Shown piece by piece: positions 1-8,861 of a stretch of 64,000 nucleotides of DNA. Position numbers and translations under genes: made by a program. This DNA comes from an uncultured Candidatus Saccharibacteria bacterium (GTDB taxonomy: Bacteria > Patescibacteriota > Doudnabacteria > UBA920 > O2-02-FULL-48-8). The stretch lies in the NCBI GenBank assembly GCA_964605735.1, contig CAZSDS010000001.1, forward strand, positions 262,771-326,770, written 5' to 3'. Within the stretch, counting starts at the first letter, position 1; the number at the start of each line of letters is the position of its first letter. The notes below the pieces were generated by a model. That model was not told the DNA's origin, ran no database searches, and saw only the letters and a program-made list of their open reading frames with translations.

Positions 1-381
1 CAAGGGATCGTCAGCCAGTTCATTTAGCTTTTCAGCGGTAAGGTTATTAAGCGCAAGTGAATAAAAAGTCAGTTTACTGCCAACTTCCGTGGCATGCTTC
101 AGTGTTTTTTGTAAAAGCGCGCCCGCCTCAGAATTTTCGTTGTCTACATCCTTGACGGACATGGCAAAAATGACCGGCTTATGGGCCAGAAGTGTGATGG
201 ATTCACTTAGGGTGATTGATTCTAAAATTTCCTGAGCAGTTGTCTGCTCTGTTATTTTGCCCCTGTATTTTTTTTCAAAAACTTCGGCTAATTTCAAACC
301 CTCAGCCATATCTGCCTGAATTTTTGGATCATTAAGCCCACTGTAGTAAGCCGAAAGATCCCAAACCGGTAGATTTTTCAT
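1..381 (-). CDS. pepF: M3-family oligoendopeptidase F, N-terminal part (runs off the window edge)
   Basis: Not in the ORF track; manual translation MKNLPVWDLSAYYSGLNDPKIQADM...EKLNELADDPL. The N-terminal 'WDLSxxY' is typical of PepF/M3B. ATG overlaps the TGA of the upstream gene (ATGA). Confidence 0.75.
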   Translation of the reverse strand, partial: MKNLPVWDLSAYYSGLNDPKIQADMAEGLKLAEVFEKKYRGKITEQTTAQEILESITLSESITLLAHKPVIFAMSVKDVDNENSEAGALLQKTLKHATEVGSKLTFYSLALNNLTAEKLNELADDPL

Positions 382-632
382 TCCTCAGTTTGCTCCAAAA
401 TTAGTTTTTTCTTAAATCCTCCGCGTTTGGTGGCTTTTTGCTGTCTTATCTGTTCGATTTCTTCGGGGTTGCTGTTTTCCAAATACTCCTTGACCTCCTC
501 CTCCAACTTTTCTCGCAACTTTTCATCAAACTCAACTTGATCTGCTTCATGCAAGGTGAATTTAACCCCTTTTTCTGCCATCGCCTCCGGGACAAGGTCT
601 CGTATAAGTTTGTTGTATTTCTTTATGGCCAT
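378..632 (-). CDS. PRA-PH/MazG-like nucleoside triphosphate pyrophosphohydrolase homolog, internally shortened
   Basis: Start re-called at ATG 632: MAIKKYNKLIRDLVPE...KLEEEVKEY...RGGFKKKLILE. The 'YNKLxRD.P' and 'RGGF' ends are family hallmarks; the central EELAD helix is missing. Confidence 0.7.
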   Translation of the reverse strand: MAIKKYNKLIRDLVPEAMAEKGVKFTLHEADQVEFDEKLREKLEEEVKEYLENSNPEEIEQIRQQKATKRGGFKKKLILEQTEE

Positions 633-694
633 TAATCTTTCGTCTTTTAATTCTAAGAGTACTCGAATTACCGGTGCCTGCATGCCGTACTTAC

Positions 695-768
695 TGGAGC
701 GGAATACCGGAATCGAACCGGCACTTTATCCTTGGGAAGGACACGTACTACCACTATACTAATTCCGC
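695..768 (-). tRNA. tRNA-Gly(CCC)
   Basis: Reverse complement GCGGAAT...TGTCC-TTCCCAA-GGATA...GGTTCGATTCC...ATTCCGC-T-CCA. 74-nt cloverleaf, perfect acceptor stem, encoded CCA. Confidence 0.97.
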
Positions 769-839
769 ACCAAAAAACACGGCACACAACAAGCAAAAAG
801 CCCGCAGACAAAAAAACGCATCATTTATAATGCGCTTTA

Positions 840-868
840 ATTATATCTTTCCAGGTTAAATCAGGCAA
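840..868 (-). promoter_or_regulatory. sigma70 promoter upstream of tRNA-Gly
   Basis: TTGCCT-17 nt-TATAAT on the minus strand. Confidence 0.7.
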
Positions 869-876
869 TACACTCC

Positions 877-905
877 TTGACAAAAAAACAATTTTATGCT
901 ATACT
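877..905 (+). promoter_or_regulatory. near-consensus sigma70 promoter with no downstream gene
   Basis: TTGACA(877-882)-17 nt-TATACT(900-905), with extended -10 TG. Confidence 0.7.
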
Positions 906-916
906 TCTCGCAGGGA

Positions 917-941
917 CGCAGTACTTACTGCGGCTTTTTTT
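917..941 (+). terminator. intrinsic terminator directly after the 877 promoter
   Basis: CGCAGT-ACTT-ACTGCG-GC followed by T7; T-tract only in the + direction. Confidence 0.6.
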
Positions 942-945
942 ATGC

Positions 946-1785
946 CTATTTTTTCAGGTAAGTAACATTTATGCCTTTTGTTTGCTCATCGAGCCATTGA
1001 TCATAACCTTCAGGCACAAACAGAATATGCTTGGCGTGCCACATTTTCTTCCCTTCAACAGTGGAATACTCCACGGGATAAATAATATGGTAGCCAAGCC
1101 TGCTGGTGATTATATCTTTTCTGAATTCGCCTGTGGCGCTAATGCTTATCATGTCTTCCAGTTCCGGCAACAGCTGTCCTGGCTCATAGAAACCCAAATC
1201 GCCACCAAGCTGGCCAGTTGCTCTGTCATCACTTTCAGCTTTTGCCAATTCTTCGAATTTCTCTCCCTTAATCAGCCTTTCAACTACATCCCGCGCACGC
1301 TTATATGCTGTGCTGGTATTTTTTATGTCCGTGAAATATTTTATGCGAAGCTGGGCATCCACAACCTGCGGGTTCACCACATACTTGTTGAAAAAGTGTT
1401 CTGAACCAAATACATTATCAACCAATTCCTTGTATTCAGATTCATTGCCTTTAGTGTAAAACAGCAGTTCATCCGCTGCCTGGTCTCTGGATATGGAGAG
1501 GTTGTATTTCCTGGCAAGCGCATAGGTTTTTTCCGCTTCCATGAAGTTGTCACGGGCTTGTCCTTCCGTCAATCCAAGTCTTTTTCCTGCCAATCCCGCA
1601 AGCTCGAGGTCATTTACGCTTATGAAATTATTTTCCACGAAAGCAATCGGGTAAAGGCGCTTGAACGCAACAGTCACCGGGTCACGCAAGGGCGTAAAAT
1701 ATGCCAAACCCAAAGACGCCGCAAGCAGGACAACAACTGCGATCAATCCCCAGACTATAATTTGCTTATTTGTTAAATTCTTCAT
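946..1785 (-). CDS. PrsA/SurA-like parvulin peptidyl-prolyl isomerase (membrane-anchored foldase)
   Basis: N-terminal TM; parvulin motifs FEELAKAESDD, GGDLG, SRLGYHII. Confidence 0.85.
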   Translation of the reverse strand: MKNLTNKQIIVWGLIAVVVLLAASLGLAYFTPLRDPVTVAFKRLYPIAFVENNFISVNDLELAGLAGKRLGLTEGQARDNFMEAEKTYALARKYNLSISRDQAADELLFYTKGNESEYKELVDNVFGSEHFFNKYVVNPQVVDAQLRIKYFTDIKNTSTAYKRARDVVERLIKGEKFEELAKAESDDRATGQLGGDLGFYEPGQLLPELEDMISISATGEFRKDIITSRLGYHIIYPVEYSTVEGKKMWHAKHILFVPEGYDQWLDEQTKGINVTYLKK

Positions 1786-2150
1786 GGCTGTCCAAAAAAG
1801 TAATTAAACCATTTTTGCGGGTTGGACAATTCCTGTTCTGCCGCGCCCGCCACATGGCCATTGCCGTCATCTTCCGGCAAAATAACCACCTGCTCGCCTT
1901 CACGTTTCAAATTAAGCTTCTCGCGCGCCTCTTTTTCTTGGAACTCAGGGGTGTCCAGATATTTGATCAATTCCGAAAGCTGTTGGTTATCATGATTAAG
2001 CGTGTCAGCCTGCTGTTGAAGCCTTGCAATTTCGTTATCCACTTCTACTTTTTGCCGGTAAAGTTCGAGCGTGATAAAAGCCACTGCTATAAATGCCAGA
2101 GTCAGCAATGCAGTCGTCAGTCTTGATTTTAAGATAGACTGGATTTCCAT
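1782..2150 (-). CDS. FtsB/DivIC septum formation initiator
   Basis: Single TM plus coiled coil plus 'EKEAREKLNLKREGEQVV'. Confidence 0.85.
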   Translation of the reverse strand: MEIQSILKSRLTTALLTLAFIAVAFITLELYRQKVEVDNEIARLQQQADTLNHDNQQLSELIKYLDTPEFQEKEAREKLNLKREGEQVVILPEDDGNGHVAGAAEQELSNPQKWFNYFFGQP

Positions 2151-2154
2151 GTTC

Positions 2155-2256
2155 TTAAAATAGCAAGGCAGGGGCGACTGTCATGACCAGCATCCCAATG
2201 ATCATAACAACACCAATCACTATCCAAATTTTTCTTAGCGTGTCTCTGTTTCTCAT
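2155..2256 (-). CDS. 33-aa single-TM small protein (not in ORF track)
   Basis: MRNRDTLRKIWIVIGVVMIIGMLVMTVAPALLF; fills the lepA-ftsB gap with 2-nt and 4-nt spacers. Confidence 0.7.
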   Translation of the reverse strand: MRNRDTLRKIWIVIGVVMIIGMLVMTVAPALLF

Positions 2257-2258
2257 AT

Positions 2259-4034
2259 TTACTTCTTAAGTATTGCAAGGAAGGCTTCTTGTGGAATGTC
2301 CACTGAACCTATTCTTTTCAATCGCTTTTTGCCTTTCTTCTGCTTCTCCAAAAGCTTCATTTTCCTAGTTACGTCGCCGCCGTACAGTTTAGCCGTAACG
2401 TCTTTTCTCATGGCGGAAATTGACTCGCGTGCCACAATTTTTCCGCCAATGGCAGCCTGAATGGCAATTTCAAACTGTTGCTTAGGAATAAGAGTCTTCA
2501 ATTTCTCGGTTAAAGCGCGCCCTTCGGACTCTGCCACTGATCTGTGCACGATTATAGACAATGCATCCACTTTTTCTGATGCCACTAGGATATCAAGCTT
2601 AACCAGGTCGTCCACGCGGTAATCAAGCAGTTCGTAATTCAAAGATGCATAGCCGGAACTGATACTCTTAAGTTTATCATAAAAATCAATAATGATGTTG
2701 GCCAATGGCATTTCAGCAGTAATCAAGACACGGTCATTGCTTAAATAATCCATGTTCTTGTAGATCCCGCGCCTGGAAGTAATCAGTTCCAGGATGCCGC
2801 CAATATACTTTTGCGGAACCAAAATTTCTATGGCCACCCATGGCTCTTCAATGCTGGTAAACACAGACGGATCAGGCAATTCAGCCGGGGTATGGATAAT
2901 TTTTTGCGTGCCATCCTTCAGGTTAACCTTGTACTCTACTGACGGCGCCGTCAAAACAAGATCCAAGCCAAATTCCCGGCTCAGTCGTTCCTGAACAATG
3001 TCCATGTGCAATAAACCCAAAAAACCAGTGCGGAAGCCAAAACCTAAGGCCGGAATATTCTCTGGTTCAAATTCCAAAGCCGCATCATTCAATTTCAATT
3101 TTTCAATGGCATCCCGCAAAGTTGGGTAATCATCTCCGCTTACCGGGAAGATGCTTGCATAGACCATAGGAGTAACCTGTTTGTAACCAGGGAGTGGTTC
3201 CACCCCCTTTGCGCCCACAAGCGTAACCGTATCCCCTACGCGCGCTTTCCTTACGTCCCGCAGCCCAGTAACAATATATCCGACTTCCCCTGTCAGCAAT
3301 TCTTTGGCCGGCTCAAATCTAGGACGGAAAAATCCAACTTCCAAAGCCTCAGCAGAAGTTTGCGTGCCAAGCATCTGGATTTTGTCGTTCTTTTTCAATG
3401 ACCCATCAATGATCCTGATAAATGTGACTACGCCCCGGTGCTGGTCATATGTGGAGTCGAAAATCAAAGCACGGGCGGGTTTTTTGGCATCACCTGAAGG
3501 AGCAGGGATTCTTTGGGCAACTGCCTCAAGAATTTTCTCAACGCCTTCCCCGGTTTTGCCGGAGGCATAAAGAATTTCCTCCGGAGCAAATCCAAAAGCC
3601 TTAGTGATTTCATCTGCTGTTTTTTCGCGGTCGGAATTAGGCAAGTCAATCTTGTTGACTACCGGGATGATTTTAAGGTCATGCGCCAGAGCCAAATGGA
3701 TGTTTGCCAAAGTTTGTGCCTCAATGCCCTGAGTTGAGTCGACCACCAAAATAGCACCCTCACAGGCGGCCAAGGAACGGGAAACTTCGTAAGTAAAGTC
3801 CACGTGCCCCGGGGTGTCTATCAAGTTGAAAATATAGTCCTTCCATTCCATGCGTACCGGTGTCAGCTTGATTGTAATGCCGCGTTCGCGCTCAAGGTCC
3901 ATGGTGTCCAGCAGTTGTTGTTTCATTTCGCGCTTGGTCACGGTTTGCGTCATTTCTAAAAGCCGGTCAGCCAGCGTGGACTTTCCGTGGTCAATATGCG
4001 CTATGATACAAAAATTTCTGATTTTTTCTTGCAT
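2259..4034 (-). CDS. lepA: Elongation factor 4 (LepA)
   Basis: IRNFCIIAHIDHGKSTLADR, DTPGH, NKID and the LepA C-terminus. Confidence 0.99.
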   Translation of the reverse strand: MQEKIRNFCIIAHIDHGKSTLADRLLEMTQTVTKREMKQQLLDTMDLERERGITIKLTPVRMEWKDYIFNLIDTPGHVDFTYEVSRSLAACEGAILVVDSTQGIEAQTLANIHLALAHDLKIIPVVNKIDLPNSDREKTADEITKAFGFAPEEILYASGKTGEGVEKILEAVAQRIPAPSGDAKKPARALIFDSTYDQHRGVVTFIRIIDGSLKKNDKIQMLGTQTSAEALEVGFFRPRFEPAKELLTGEVGYIVTGLRDVRKARVGDTVTLVGAKGVEPLPGYKQVTPMVYASIFPVSGDDYPTLRDAIEKLKLNDAALEFEPENIPALGFGFRTGFLGLLHMDIVQERLSREFGLDLVLTAPSVEYKVNLKDGTQKIIHTPAELPDPSVFTSIEEPWVAIEILVPQKYIGGILELITSRRGIYKNMDYLSNDRVLITAEMPLANIIIDFYDKLKSISSGYASLNYELLDYRVDDLVKLDILVASEKVDALSIIVHRSVAESEGRALTEKLKTLIPKQQFEIAIQAAIGGKIVARESISAMRKDVTAKLYGGDVTRKMKLLEKQKKGKKRLKRIGSVDIPQEAFLAILKK

Positions 4035-5653
4035 TAGTTAAAGAGGTTTATGATTACTGTAAATGGCCGCGTTGATTTTACGACTGCTGACTTCAAAAGC
4101 TTGAGCAAATGATCGGCATCGTCTACCTTTAATAACCAAGCCACCGCCAAGTACACAGCGAACCCTATTATCGCAGAACTTGCCCCCTGAATCAATACTC
4201 CCCAATAGGTCTGCATGTTTACCAACGGAGCAACAATATACAAAGTAACATACGCCGCGATTCCCCCACAGAGTGAACCAATCACGATTTTAAGCGTATT
4301 AACCATAAGGTATTCATCGCGGAATGAGCCAATTTTATGGTGAAGCTCCATCAAAAGCAAAATCAACTGCAAAATGGATGTGGCGGAAAAAGCCAACACC
4401 ATCCCCGGCACCCCAAACCAGCCAACTGCATAGTAGGTTGCAACCACATTGACCACAACAGTAATGAGCCCAATGACCATTGGAGTCATTGTGTTATGGC
4501 GGGCGTAATAAGCCCGGGCATACAGCGGAATCAGTGCCTGCGCAAACAGCGACACTGCAAACAATCCTAAATTAAGCGAAACCAGACGCGTGTCGTCAAA
4601 ACTGAAATTTGTTCCTGCCCCTATACCAAGCACAAGCCGAACAATCTGCGCGCGCAAAACAAGCATGAGCGTGGAGAGCGGCACAATAAAATACAAAATC
4701 TGGTTTGTGGTTTTGGCTAAAACATCCTTAAAGCCCTCATTATCCTTCTCATTGAACAAGTCGGACAGTAACGGGAATACAGCCACGGCAAAAGATACGG
4801 CAAAAATACTCAAGAAAACGCTTTGCAAATTGTTGGCGTAATAAAACGACGCCAGAGCGCCGGTTCCCAAAAAAGAACCGAAGAACGTGGCGATAAGCAG
4901 AGTCACCTGGTTTGTGCCCATTGAGAAAATACGCGGCCAGTAAAGTTTCCAAAATTTTACAAAAGACGGGTCTTTATAAGCGACCACGAGCGAATATTTA
5001 AAACCGACCCGCAGTAAACCAGGCAACTGAATCAAAAGGTGCAAGGCCGCCCCAATCACCACGCCCCAGGCCAGGCCAGTTGCTCCCATTCTCGGATACA
5101 GAAAAATTGCGCCGCCTATTATCGAAAGGTTATACACAACAGGTGCAGCAGAAACCAGGGCAAACTTTTTTTCTGCATTCAGGATGCTGGAGGCTATAGA
5201 GGAAAGAGTCAGAAACACGGGCGAAAGCAGGAAAATCTGAGTAAAGGTTCTGGTTAATTCGCGCGCTTCTCCGGTCAACCCTGGAGCTATCAAAGTCACA
5301 AGCGGATCCAGAAAAAGATAAGCCAGTAAAGTCAATGACGCAATCATAACCAGCGTAAAGTTTAGGATGCTGGACGCCAGTTCATGTGCGCGCCTTTTGT
5401 CTTTTAAAAGATACTCTGAAAATACGGGAATGAAGGCCACTGAGAAAGTGCCTAAAATGAGCAGGTTGAAAATAAAATCCGGGATTCTGAAAGCCGCAAA
5501 ATAGGCATCCATCGTTGTCCCCGTCCCGAATTGATTGGAAAAAACAGCATCTCTGACCAGGCCCAGTATTTTTGCGAGCACGGAAAAAACAGCGATGATG
5601 AACGTCGCTCGTTTTACTCCATAATTATCTTTTGATGCCGCCAATTGTGTCAT
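4034..5653 (-). CDS. murJ: Lipid II flippase MurJ
   Basis: 'KILGLVRD...FG...DAYFAAFRIPD', about 14 TM. Start re-called at ATG 5653 (ATGA overlap with the upstream gene). Confidence 0.95.
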   Translation of the reverse strand: MTQLAASKDNYGVKRATFIIAVFSVLAKILGLVRDAVFSNQFGTGTTMDAYFAAFRIPDFIFNLLILGTFSVAFIPVFSEYLLKDKRRAHELASSILNFTLVMIASLTLLAYLFLDPLVTLIAPGLTGEARELTRTFTQIFLLSPVFLTLSSIASSILNAEKKFALVSAAPVVYNLSIIGGAIFLYPRMGATGLAWGVVIGAALHLLIQLPGLLRVGFKYSLVVAYKDPSFVKFWKLYWPRIFSMGTNQVTLLIATFFGSFLGTGALASFYYANNLQSVFLSIFAVSFAVAVFPLLSDLFNEKDNEGFKDVLAKTTNQILYFIVPLSTLMLVLRAQIVRLVLGIGAGTNFSFDDTRLVSLNLGLFAVSLFAQALIPLYARAYYARHNTMTPMVIGLITVVVNVVATYYAVGWFGVPGMVLAFSATSILQLILLLMELHHKIGSFRDEYLMVNTLKIVIGSLCGGIAAYVTLYIVAPLVNMQTYWGVLIQGASSAIIGFAVYLAVAWLLKVDDADHLLKLLKSAVVKSTRPFTVIINLFN

Positions 5654-7743
5654 TTGATTATCATGCCCCAATATTGATCCTTAGTCCCATCAGCACTGAA
5701 TTTAACCGACTTGCCTGACCTTTCCAGATTCCCCGTGGTCCAGAAAAAATCATCGCCTGAATTTAGCAAAATCTCTCCGCTGAGCTTAATTCCTAAACTG
5801 CCGGATTGTTTTTGGAATAAAAGGCTGTGCGCCTGCCGCCCGCCAAAAAACCCTGTTTTTACCTTAAACGGCAACTGATACATTACCATAATCTCTGACG
5901 TGACTCCTCCCGGAGTTTCTGTCCAGCCGGTAAACGCGGTTTTTCCGGATTCCTCGCGAATGGCCACCGGACCATTAAACTCTGCGGTGTTCCAAGCAGC
6001 CAGATCCGGATCAAGCTCAAAACCGTCCGGCTTGGTTGAAGACTGCGGTTGGTCGGCAAAACCTGAAGCTCCAAGCAATTTCGAACCCTTAGGCACCAGT
6101 ACCCGCATGAAATTTCTGTTTAGCTCTGCTGAAGTATTTGCACGCGTAATTTTCACGGTATTTATCACCGCCCCGTCAGAATTGACTTGAGATCTGTATT
6201 CAATGGCCTGACCGATATCCAAATCAGTCTTTGTTCCGCCATGGTTTGAATTTATAACTGCAAGGTAGTCATGGTCAGCTGGAAGTATTTTTCCATCAAA
6301 CCCGAGGTTTGCAATTTTTGCCTGAGTGGATTTTTCTGTGCTGTACATTAGGACATGCTTTTCCAATAAATTGTTTTTCAGTAATTGGAAGAGAGTAAAC
6401 CACTGTTCTTTGCCAAGGTTTGATAATTTGTCCAGCATCACTGGCGCAAAATCATCCAAAAATTTCTTTGGTTGGTTGAGTTCGCGGTCATATATTTCTG
6501 AAGTCTGCGTCTGGACGATTTCCTGAAAATTTTCCGCGGTTAACACTGTCCCATAAGCAGGCATTTCTACCGGGCCAACCATGTTCAGCAAATCAACAAA
6601 AACTTTCGGGGTCATGGCAATAATTCCTTCCGCTGTTTCCGAAGTCATTTCAAAAAACGTCAGCAGTTTCTCAGCGGATGTTGGAAAGTCGGCAAACCAG
6701 TTGGAGTCGCGCATGCCCCATTTTGTGATTTGCGGCTGAAACGGTGCTGGTGATTCAAATTGTTTGGTCAGGCTGCCATCCAGGTTATAAATACTTTCAA
6801 TTTTAAGCTGTCTGATGTTCCCGTCATCATATTTCAAAACTCCATATGTGCCTATAAAACCACCGGTCGCCCGAATCTCGTCATAGTTCTGAAAAATCAG
6901 CAGGTAAGTACGCGGTTGTGAACCAAAGAAAGATAAAAACAGATCCTCCAGGCTGACAAGGTCAGTCAGCACATTCTTAATCTGGCTAATCTGGTCTTTT
7001 GCATGGGTCAGAGTTTCGCCATATTCCCCTGGCAATGAGCCTGATGAATTGAATTTTTCTTCCGCATAATTCAGAAGCAATAAACTGTTTTTTAACAGCA
7101 AATGGTTTTTCTGAAGCTTGTCTGAGAAATTTTCAGTGCTGATACCAGCGCTGTTTACGGACAACTCGTCAAAGAGCTGCATGGCGCTGGTTAAATTTTT
7201 CCCAGCCTCAGCCAGGAAAAATGCACCGGTAAGAATGTCGTCTGCGCTTCTGGCTGGCGGAACAATAGCAGTCAGGGCGCGAAACTTGTCCAGCTGAGTT
7301 TGCGCTTCTGCGAGATTTTCCTGGGCAGAAATAAATTTGTCCCGGGCAGAACTAAAGTCCTGAGCCTCCAGGCTCTTATTAGCCGCATCCAGATCACTGT
7401 AGGCGGAAGTTGCAGAGCCAAGCACAACGCCTGAAGTTTCTCTCGCCGATTGCAAATAAACTACGGACTGCAGCAAAACGGTAATAATAAGTAAGCCCGC
7501 CAAAACAGGCAAGGCTGCTTTGTAGGAAATGCGCGGCTTTGCAGGCAAACTTGTTAATGCCACAGGAACAATCATTCTGATGTTTTCGCTGACTGGACTC
7601 TCTTCTTTTTGTTCAGGTTCCCTTCTGATGGTCAATATGTCATGCGGAAAAACCTCACGCTTGATCGTGACTGGCTTTTTTGGCGGCGGCGGCGTTTTTT
7701 TCACCACCTTGAAATCGAATTTTTTTCCGATATTCAGAGTCAT
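5650..7743 (-). CDS. DUF4012-domain membrane-anchored protein
   Basis: One TM, helical region, 'YLLIFQNYDEIRATGGFIG' and 'RDSNWFADFP' motifs. Confidence 0.8.
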   Translation of the reverse strand: MTLNIGKKFDFKVVKKTPPPPKKPVTIKREVFPHDILTIRREPEQKEESPVSENIRMIVPVALTSLPAKPRISYKAALPVLAGLLIITVLLQSVVYLQSARETSGVVLGSATSAYSDLDAANKSLEAQDFSSARDKFISAQENLAEAQTQLDKFRALTAIVPPARSADDILTGAFFLAEAGKNLTSAMQLFDELSVNSAGISTENFSDKLQKNHLLLKNSLLLLNYAEEKFNSSGSLPGEYGETLTHAKDQISQIKNVLTDLVSLEDLFLSFFGSQPRTYLLIFQNYDEIRATGGFIGTYGVLKYDDGNIRQLKIESIYNLDGSLTKQFESPAPFQPQITKWGMRDSNWFADFPTSAEKLLTFFEMTSETAEGIIAMTPKVFVDLLNMVGPVEMPAYGTVLTAENFQEIVQTQTSEIYDRELNQPKKFLDDFAPVMLDKLSNLGKEQWFTLFQLLKNNLLEKHVLMYSTEKSTQAKIANLGFDGKILPADHDYLAVINSNHGGTKTDLDIGQAIEYRSQVNSDGAVINTVKITRANTSAELNRNFMRVLVPKGSKLLGASGFADQPQSSTKPDGFELDPDLAAWNTAEFNGPVAIREESGKTAFTGWTETPGGVTSEIMVMYQLPFKVKTGFFGGRQAHSLLFQKQSGSLGIKLSGEILLNSGDDFFWTTGNLERSGKSVKFSADGTKDQYWGMIIK

Positions 7744-8861
7744 GCTCTTTTTTGCACCACAGAGTGTTTAGAAATATTCAAGAGAACTCCCACACCAAGC
7801 AAGGAAACAACCATAGCCGTGGATCCATAAGAAATAAACGGCAAAGGAACACCCGTCAGCGGCATTACCGCAGTGATCCCACCGATGTTTATCAAAGCCT
7901 GAATGATGATCCAGCTGGTGATGCCCACGGCAACCAGCTTACTGAAGGTGTCCGGCGCGTTTCTGGCAATTTTGAATCCGCGCCAGGCAAAGAACAGGAA
8001 TAACAGCAGAATAATGGTAATTCTGGCAAAACCCATTTCTTCTGACATGATTGCAAAAATCGAATCGCCAATTGCTTCCGGCAAATAGTTATATTTTTGC
8101 CTGGATTGGCCCAAGCCATAGCCCCACAACCCTCCGGAGCCAATTGCCAGCAGTGCCTGATTAATTTGATAGGAAATCCCGCGCGGGTCTATATCAGGGT
8201 TAAAGAAGGCCATAATCCGCTGGAGGCGGTGCGGCGCCGCTTTAATCATAATCCAGGCAAAAACCGCAGCCACTGCGCCAGCAGAAAAAAGATATCGAAG
8301 CTTCACCCCGCCAATAAAAAACATGGTTGCCGCGATCAAACATAAAATAATCATGGTCCCAAAATCCGGCTGAAGTATAATCAGCCCGGCAATCAAACCG
8401 ACTATCGTTAAACTTGGCAGGAATCCATAATATAAATCATGGACATGCTCTGAACGCTTGTCATACCAACTAGCCAGATAAACAATAACGACCAGCTTCA
8501 TCAGCTCTGACGGTTGGAACAGGAAATATTTAAGGTCAATCCACATGTTTGAGCCACCTACGCCAAACCCGACTCCCGGAATAAAAACCGCAATCAGCAA
8601 TAAAAGGCCAATGACTACAAGCAAAGGCGCAAACCTTTGCCAATTGCCGTAATAAAGTTTGGCGCCAACATACATGGCTGCAAGACCGGGCACCACTCCA
8701 AACATCAGCTGGCGGAAAAAGTAATAATTGTTGTTTCCGAAATTCTCATGGGCCATCACGGAGGAGGCGGATGATAGCGTCAACATGCCAAAAACCAGGA
8801 GCAGTAGAACTACCCCAAGCAAGACATAATCCGGTTTCTGGTCTGATTGTTGGTTTTTCAT
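7740..8861 (-). CDS. ftsW: FtsW (SEDS peptidoglycan polymerase)
   Basis: FQPSELMK, QPDFG, YLPEAIGDSIFA, TGVPLPFISYG; lies next to murD. Confidence 0.92.
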   Translation of the reverse strand: MKNQQSDQKPDYVLLGVVLLLLVFGMLTLSSASSVMAHENFGNNNYYFFRQLMFGVVPGLAAMYVGAKLYYGNWQRFAPLLVVIGLLLLIAVFIPGVGFGVGGSNMWIDLKYFLFQPSELMKLVVIVYLASWYDKRSEHVHDLYYGFLPSLTIVGLIAGLIILQPDFGTMIILCLIAATMFFIGGVKLRYLFSAGAVAAVFAWIMIKAAPHRLQRIMAFFNPDIDPRGISYQINQALLAIGSGGLWGYGLGQSRQKYNYLPEAIGDSIFAIMSEEMGFARITIILLLFLFFAWRGFKIARNAPDTFSKLVAVGITSWIIIQALINIGGITAVMPLTGVPLPFISYGSTAMVVSLLGVGVLLNISKHSVVQKRA

